Below the pieces are notes generated by a model that worked only from the letters and a program-made list of their open reading frames with translations, had not been told where the DNA came from and did not search any database. This document shows positions 56,651 through 64,000 of a DNA stretch of 64,000 nt, in pieces (the first letter of the stretch is position 1; each line of letters opens with the position of its first letter). Source of the DNA: the human T2T-CHM13v2.0 reference genome, Homo sapiens; the NCBI GenBank assembly GCA_009914755.4, contig CP068257.2, positions 35,648,001 to 35,712,000 on the forward strand, in the 5' to 3' direction. A program made the position numbers and the translations under genes.

Positions 56651-56866
56651 CAGAGCTGCACCGTCCAATATGGTAGCCACTAGCCACATGTGTTTATTTA
56701 AATTTAAGTTAATTAAAGTTTCATTACTAACTTAATTATTACCCCAAATTATAAAATTCTGCTTGTAGCCACTAGCCACATGCTAGTAGTGGCTTGTACA
56801 AGCCACTCAATACTACACGCATAGAATATTACCATTATTACAGAAACTTCTATTGGATGGCACTGT
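56651..56866. mobile_element. MER20-like non-autonomous hAT (Charlie-type) DNA transposon / MITE
   Basis: The element is cagagctgcaccgtccaatatggtagccactagccacatgtgtttatttaaatttaagttaattaaag...gtagccactagccacatgctagtagtggcttgtacaagccactcaatactacacgcatagaatattaccattattacagaaacttctattggatggcactg. The terminal inverted repeats are cagagctgcaccgtccaata and the reverse complement cagtgccatccaatagaag. Internal inverted copies of tagccactagccacatg are present. The family call is from memory. Confidence 0.5.
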
Positions 56867-57878
56867 TTTAAAATATACTGCCTCTCTTAATAATATTGAC
56901 AATTTTTATATTAGAAATCAAACAGTAGATTAGTTGGATTCTCAACCATGTTCCGTGAAGCCTAAAAGTTCTTTAAAAACCTAAGGGGTCTTAGGAAGGA
57001 TGGGTCCTTATGGTAGACAGCTCTAACTGACAAGTGTGCCAACATGGATGTGAACATCACAATTTTGCAACATAAAAGCAATATGTAAGTATGCTCTAAC
57101 CTAAAAAAAAGAAAAAAAATTCTTACTACATCTTAAAGAGTCATGTTAAAGCTTTTTCAAACAGAAAAATACATAGCTAAGAAACCAATAATTATTTGAA
57201 CAGTTAACTACAAGATAATTAACTTAATGGGAAAAAAATGGGTTCAACTGTTGCTCATGTTTGCTTCAAAGAAATGCCATTCAACTGCGAACTTTGCGCA
57301 TTCATCTTATAAGTGAAAGTTCTGATGTCTGGGGGCTGTAACCCACATGCTACAGAAAGTCATCAGCTCCAAGCATTGGTGGGATGTGACAGACACCGTA
57401 CAGGCTATCTGACTCAACCTCCAATCCCAGTCTTTTCCCCTTACTTCCTGTGATTATTGTAGAGTGAAACTGAATGTTTCACTTTCCCAGCCTCGATTGC
57501 ATTTATGGACGGGCATGACACACAGTTCTGGCCAGTGAATGGAAGTAGCAGGCTTCTGGGGGCCTTATTTCTGGAAAAAGTCAAAGAATCTTGAACTCCC
57601 GTTGTCTCCCTTCCAATCCTCTCTGCAGTTAACGTTAGATATTTTAGTGCCACATATGTAAGTAACTCCACAATATGTTGTTGTTATTATCATTTTTGTT
57701 AGCCCATGCATTCTAGCAGAAATGATATTGCTCCCCTGTCACCAGGGGTGGGGAAGATTCTATTAAAATGCCTTAAAAAGCTGCTTGGGAGGATGTTAAT
57801 ACAAAAGTGACAAACATTGCTCTAGAGAGTCAATTATCTCTTAAAGAAAAGTTAAATATACAAGAAAACTACATTTAA

Positions 57879-58796
<918 letters not shown>

Positions 58797-59230
58797 TAAT
58801 ATTTCCTCTAGTGCAGACTTGCTGCTGACAGGCTTGGTCAGCTTTTATTCATCTGAAACAGTTTTTTTTCACCTTCATTTTTGAGGGATGTTTTTGCTGG
58901 ATATAAAATTCTAAATTGACAGGTTTAAAAACAAATTTAAAGACTTTAAAGGTGTCCTCCAATTCCTTCTGGCTTTCATAGTTTCTGATAAGAAGTCCAC
59001 TGTAGAGGCTAAGGACATGAACCTCTGCAAAGAAGACATCCGAGTGGCCCACAAACACATGAAAAGATGCTCATCATCACTAATCATCAGAAAGATGCAG
59101 CTCAAAACCACAGTGCGACACCATCTCACACAGTCAGAATGCCTTTGATCAAAAAGTCAAAAAATAACATGTTGGCAAGGCTGAGGGGAAAAGGGAATGC
59201 TTACACACTGTTAGTGAAAATGTACATTAA

Positions 59231-59563
<333 letters not shown>

Positions 59564-59749
59564 GAGCTTTCTGAAAGAAGTAAGAGTTGAACTATCATTC
59601 TGCCCAATAATCCCATTACTAGGAATATACCCAAAGGAAAATAAATTTTTCTACCCAAAGGACACACGCTTCCCGTATGTTCATCACAGTGCTATTCACA
59701 ATAGCAGAGACACAGAGTCAACCCAGGTGCTCATCAATAATGGATTGGG

Positions 59750-60095
<346 letters not shown>

Positions 60096-60446
60096 TTAAA
60101 AAGAGGGAAATCATGTCCTTTGCAGCAATGTGTTTGCAGCTGGAGGCCATTATCCTAAAAAAACTAATACAGAAACAGAAAACTAAATACTGCATGTTTT
60201 CACTTACAAGTGGGAGCTAAATTTGAGTACGCATGGACATAAAGATGACAAAAATAGACAATGGAGCCTACTAGATAAGGGAGAGAAGGAGCGGGGCAAG
60301 GGCTGAAGAACTACCTATTGGGTGCTCACTACCGGGTGATAGGTTTAGTCATACCCCAAACTTCAGCATTATGCAATATACCTTCATAACAAACACGCAC
60401 ATGTATCCCTGATTCTAAAATAAAAGTTGGAAAAGGAACAAAAAAG

Positions 60447-60758
<312 letters not shown>

Positions 60759-61581
60759 TTACTGTAATGTTTTTTGTGCTTTGTATATAATGTGTCTTTT
60801 TTCCCCTAGAGCTGCATTTAAAATCTTTCTTCTAATATTAGTTTTCAGTAACTGGATTATAATGTATTTAGATTGGTGGATGTTGTGTGTATGTTGGGTG
60901 TTGGGTCTATGTATTTATTGTTTTCAAATTTAGAAAAAAATTTTAGCCATTATTTTTTCAAACCCATTTTCTGTTCTTCGCTCCTTCCTCTCTTTTTAGG
61001 TCTCCAATTAAATGTCTGTTAAACTAGCTTATACTTTCTAAAGGTCACAAAATCTGTTCGGTTTTTTTTCCCGTTTTTTTTCTCTATATGTTTTATTGTA
61101 GATGTATCTCATTTCCTTTTTTCTGATGGGAAATTTATTTCTTAATTTTACATTGATACATAATAATTGTACGTATTTATGGGGTGAATTCTATGTCTAT
61201 GTCTTCGAGCTGCCTGATATTTTTTTATTCTGCAAGGTCTAATTTTGTTTAGTTCTAGCCAGTAAAATTTTTATTTCGTATATTGTATTTTCATCTCTAG
61301 CAGTTTCATTTGGTTCTTTTTTTACTTTCTAAAATTGCTCATTTCGTTATGTACATGTTTTCACTAACTTTTCTAAACATAGTTGTATTATCTGTTTTAA
61401 GGTCTTTGTCTACTAGTTTCTTCATAGCTGTCATTCCAGGGTCTCTTCCATTGACCAATTTTCTCCTGGGTATAGGTCACATATTCCTGCATATTCCTGA
61501 TTTTTTATATATCTAGAATTTGCAGTTGAATGGTGGACATTGTGTGTGTTACAATGCAGGTGTCTGGACTGAGTTCTCATC

Positions 61582-61862
<281 letters not shown>

Positions 61863-62108
61863 GAGTTGTCATCTTTTAAAGACTTTGTTTCAATAGGCAG
61901 TTAATTTACTTGAAGTTATCAGCTTGATACCTTCAACCTCTGGGAAGTGGAATGGAGAACACAGCAAGGGAAAGCTTTTCTTTATATATTTTTGTACATG
62001 ATATTTTTTCAATGAATATGCAATAATTTTTGTAAAAGTTATTTTAAAATCTTTCATGAACATGTGTGGTCATACATTCTTGCCTCGGCTGAATCTACTA
62101 AGCATAGA

Positions 62109-62759
62109 TTGAGTATCCCTAATCCAAAATGCTTGAGACCAGCAAGTGTTTCAGATTTGGGAATTTCTTCAGATTTTAGAACGTTTGCATACACACAATG
62201 AGATATCTTAGGAATGAGATCCAAGTCTAAACAAAAAAGAATTCATTTATGTTTCATATACACCTTCTCCACATAGCCTGAAAGTAATTTTATACAATAT
62301 TTTAAATAATGATGTGTATGAAACAAACTTTTTTTTTTTTTTAGAGACAGGGTCTTGCTCTGTCATCTCGGATCACTGCAGCCTCCACCTCCTAGATTCA
62401 AGCGATTCTCCTGCCTCAGCTTCCTGAGTAGCTGAAATTACAGGCACATGCCACCATGCCTGGCTAATTTTTGTGTTTTTAGTAGAGACGAGGTTTCACC
62501 ATGTTGGTCAGGCTGGTCTCAAACTCCTGGTCTCAGGTGATCCACCCGCCTGGGCCTCCCAAATTGCTGGGATTACAGGCGCGAGCCACCGCGCCTGGCC
62601 TGAAACAAACTTTTGACTGTGCTGTGACTGTAACCCATCAGGATGGTCAGGTGTGGGATTTCCCACTTGTGGTGTCATGTCAGTGGCTCAAAGAGTTTTG
62701 GATTTTAGAGCATTTGGGATTTTGGATTTTTCAGATTATGAAGCCTCAACCTGTATAAA
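62109..62759. mobile_element. Tigger-like (TcMar) non-autonomous DNA transposon / MITE, with an Alu nested at 62330-62600
   Basis: The left end is agcatagattgagtatccctaatccaaaatgcttgagaccagcaagtgtttcagatttgggaatttc. The right end is ...catgtcagtggctcaaagagttttggattttagagcatttgggattttggatttttcagattatgaagcctcaacctgta followed by ta. Their reverse complements resemble the Tigger terminal inverted repeat CAGGTTGAGCATCCCTAATCCAAAAATCCGAAA...TTTTTGAGC..GACATGA. A TA dinucleotide is present at the right junction. Confidence 0.5.
62330..62600 (-). mobile_element. Alu SINE (AluS-like) with internal deletion and 13-bp TSD, nested in the MITE
   Basis: tttttttttttttagagacagggtcttgctctgtcatctcggatcactgcagcctccacctcctagattcaagcgattctcctgcc ... 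ggcgcgagccaccgcgcctggcc. The TSD is gaaacaaactttt (62318-62330 and 62602-62614). Confidence 0.9.
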
Positions 62760-63037
62760 TTAATCTTCATTTGATGCATTGTCATCATCTGCTCTTCAGG
62801 GTTTCACTATTTGCACAATAAATACTTAGATATGTGACTGGACTGAAACTATTCTAATCTATTCAGAGTGTTTTGGAATCAAACCCTTTATAATGTTTAT
62901 TAATTTCCCACTTGCCTTTTTCTAAACATACAATGTATTGTTTTTTTAAAGTTTATGTAAAAGCTTTCCAAAAATGTTATGAGAAGATATGCACATTCCC
63001 TACTACTGGGATTATTTGAAATTATTTTGGAGGTTCC

Positions 63038-63086
63038 AATCAATGCTATAGATATATATAAAACATATATCTATAGCATTGATTGA
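63038..63086. repeat. Perfect 21-bp inverted repeat (hairpin/cruciform capable) with 7-nt spacer
   Basis: The left arm caatcaatgctatagatatat (63038-63058), the spacer ataaaac and the right arm atatatctatagcattgattg (63066-63086) are exact reverse complements. Confidence 0.9.
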
Positions 63087-63905
63087 TTAATATATTATAT
63101 ATTAATATATTATATTATAAATATATATATTAAATAATATATTTAATATAATATATATAATATAATATACAATATAATATAATATATAATATAATATAAT
63201 ATATAATATATTATATAATATAATATATAATATATTATATAATATAATATATAATATATTATATTATATATAATATATCATATGATATATATTATATTAT
63301 ATATAATATATCATATGATATATATTATATGTATTATATATATTATACAATATATTATATTTAATATATATATTATATAATATATTATATAATATATATA
63401 TTATATTATATATATAATATAATATATAATATAATATATATTATAATATATATTATATTATATATATAATATATATTATATAATATATTATATTATATAT
63501 AATATATTTTATATATATTATGTAATATATTATAATATATATATAATATTATATTATATATATAATATAATATATTTTATATTATATATTATATATTATA
63601 TAATATATATAATATATATAATATATTATATATTTTATATAATATATAATATATAATATATAATATATAATATATTAATATATATAATATATTTATATAT
63701 TATATAAATATATATTTATATACTATATTTATATTTATAATAATATATTTATATTTATAATTTATATTTATATTTATATTATAAAATATTATAACTTAAT
63801 ATTTATATTTATAAATTTATATTTATAATAATATACAATTATATGTATAATTATATATTATATGTATTATACATTAACATATATTTTATATATATATTTC
63901 ACATA
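63040..63905. repeat. ~860-bp AT-rich complex simple repeat / minisatellite (TA-, ATATA- and TTTATA-based units)
   Basis: The block is almost entirely A/T. Examples are ...taatatattatattataaatatatatattaaataatatatttaatataatatatataatataatatac... and ...tttatatttataatttatatttatatttatattataaaatatt... It has many short self-complementary TA runs and two 33-bp direct repeats (atataatatatcatatgatatatattatat, x2). Confidence 0.9.
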
Positions 63906-64000
63906 TGTATGTGAAAGAAATTATTTGTGCATGACAGTGTTGTCTACCCAGAAAATCTGAAAAAATAAACTGAAAACCTATTGGAACCAGCAGTAGAGGT

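Overview
This window is primate (human-like) nuclear genomic DNA, not a microbial locus. I found no CRISPR array, operon or defence-gene system, and no coding sequence I can support. About half of the window is interspersed repeats, based on a rough count.

The supplied ORF track is uninformative here. Its longest ORFs, including the 296-aa, 252-aa and 243-aa ones, run through Alu elements, an LTR or GC-rich sequence, and its start calls use bacterial start codons (TTG/GTG).

What I can support is this:
- A CpG-island promoter-like region lies at about 1.08-2.4 kb.
- More than 55 Alu SINEs of mixed age (AluJ, AluS, AluY) are present, many with clear target-site duplications.
- L1 remnants are spread through the window and include one L1PA-like ORF2 pseudogene fragment.
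- There is a nested L1 graveyard at about 40.1-50.7 kb.
- MaLR LTRs are present, one THE1-type and several MLT1-type.
- A solo LTR12 (HERV9-type LTR) sits at about 16.2-18.0 kb.
- There are two small DNA-transposon MITEs, one Tigger-like and one MER20/hAT-like.
- Microsatellites and minisatellites include (TTTA)n, (TTTC)n, (TG)n, (CT)n, (TA)n, a GA-rich polypurine tract and an 870-bp AT-rich block.

The items worth a second look are structural and regulatory rather than a new protein system: the LTR12 as a possible cryptic promoter, inverted and rearranged Alu pairs, an AluY nested in an older Alu, a tandem Alu pair, a likely twin-primed L1, an L1 fragment lacking both ends, and two tracts with non-B-DNA potential.
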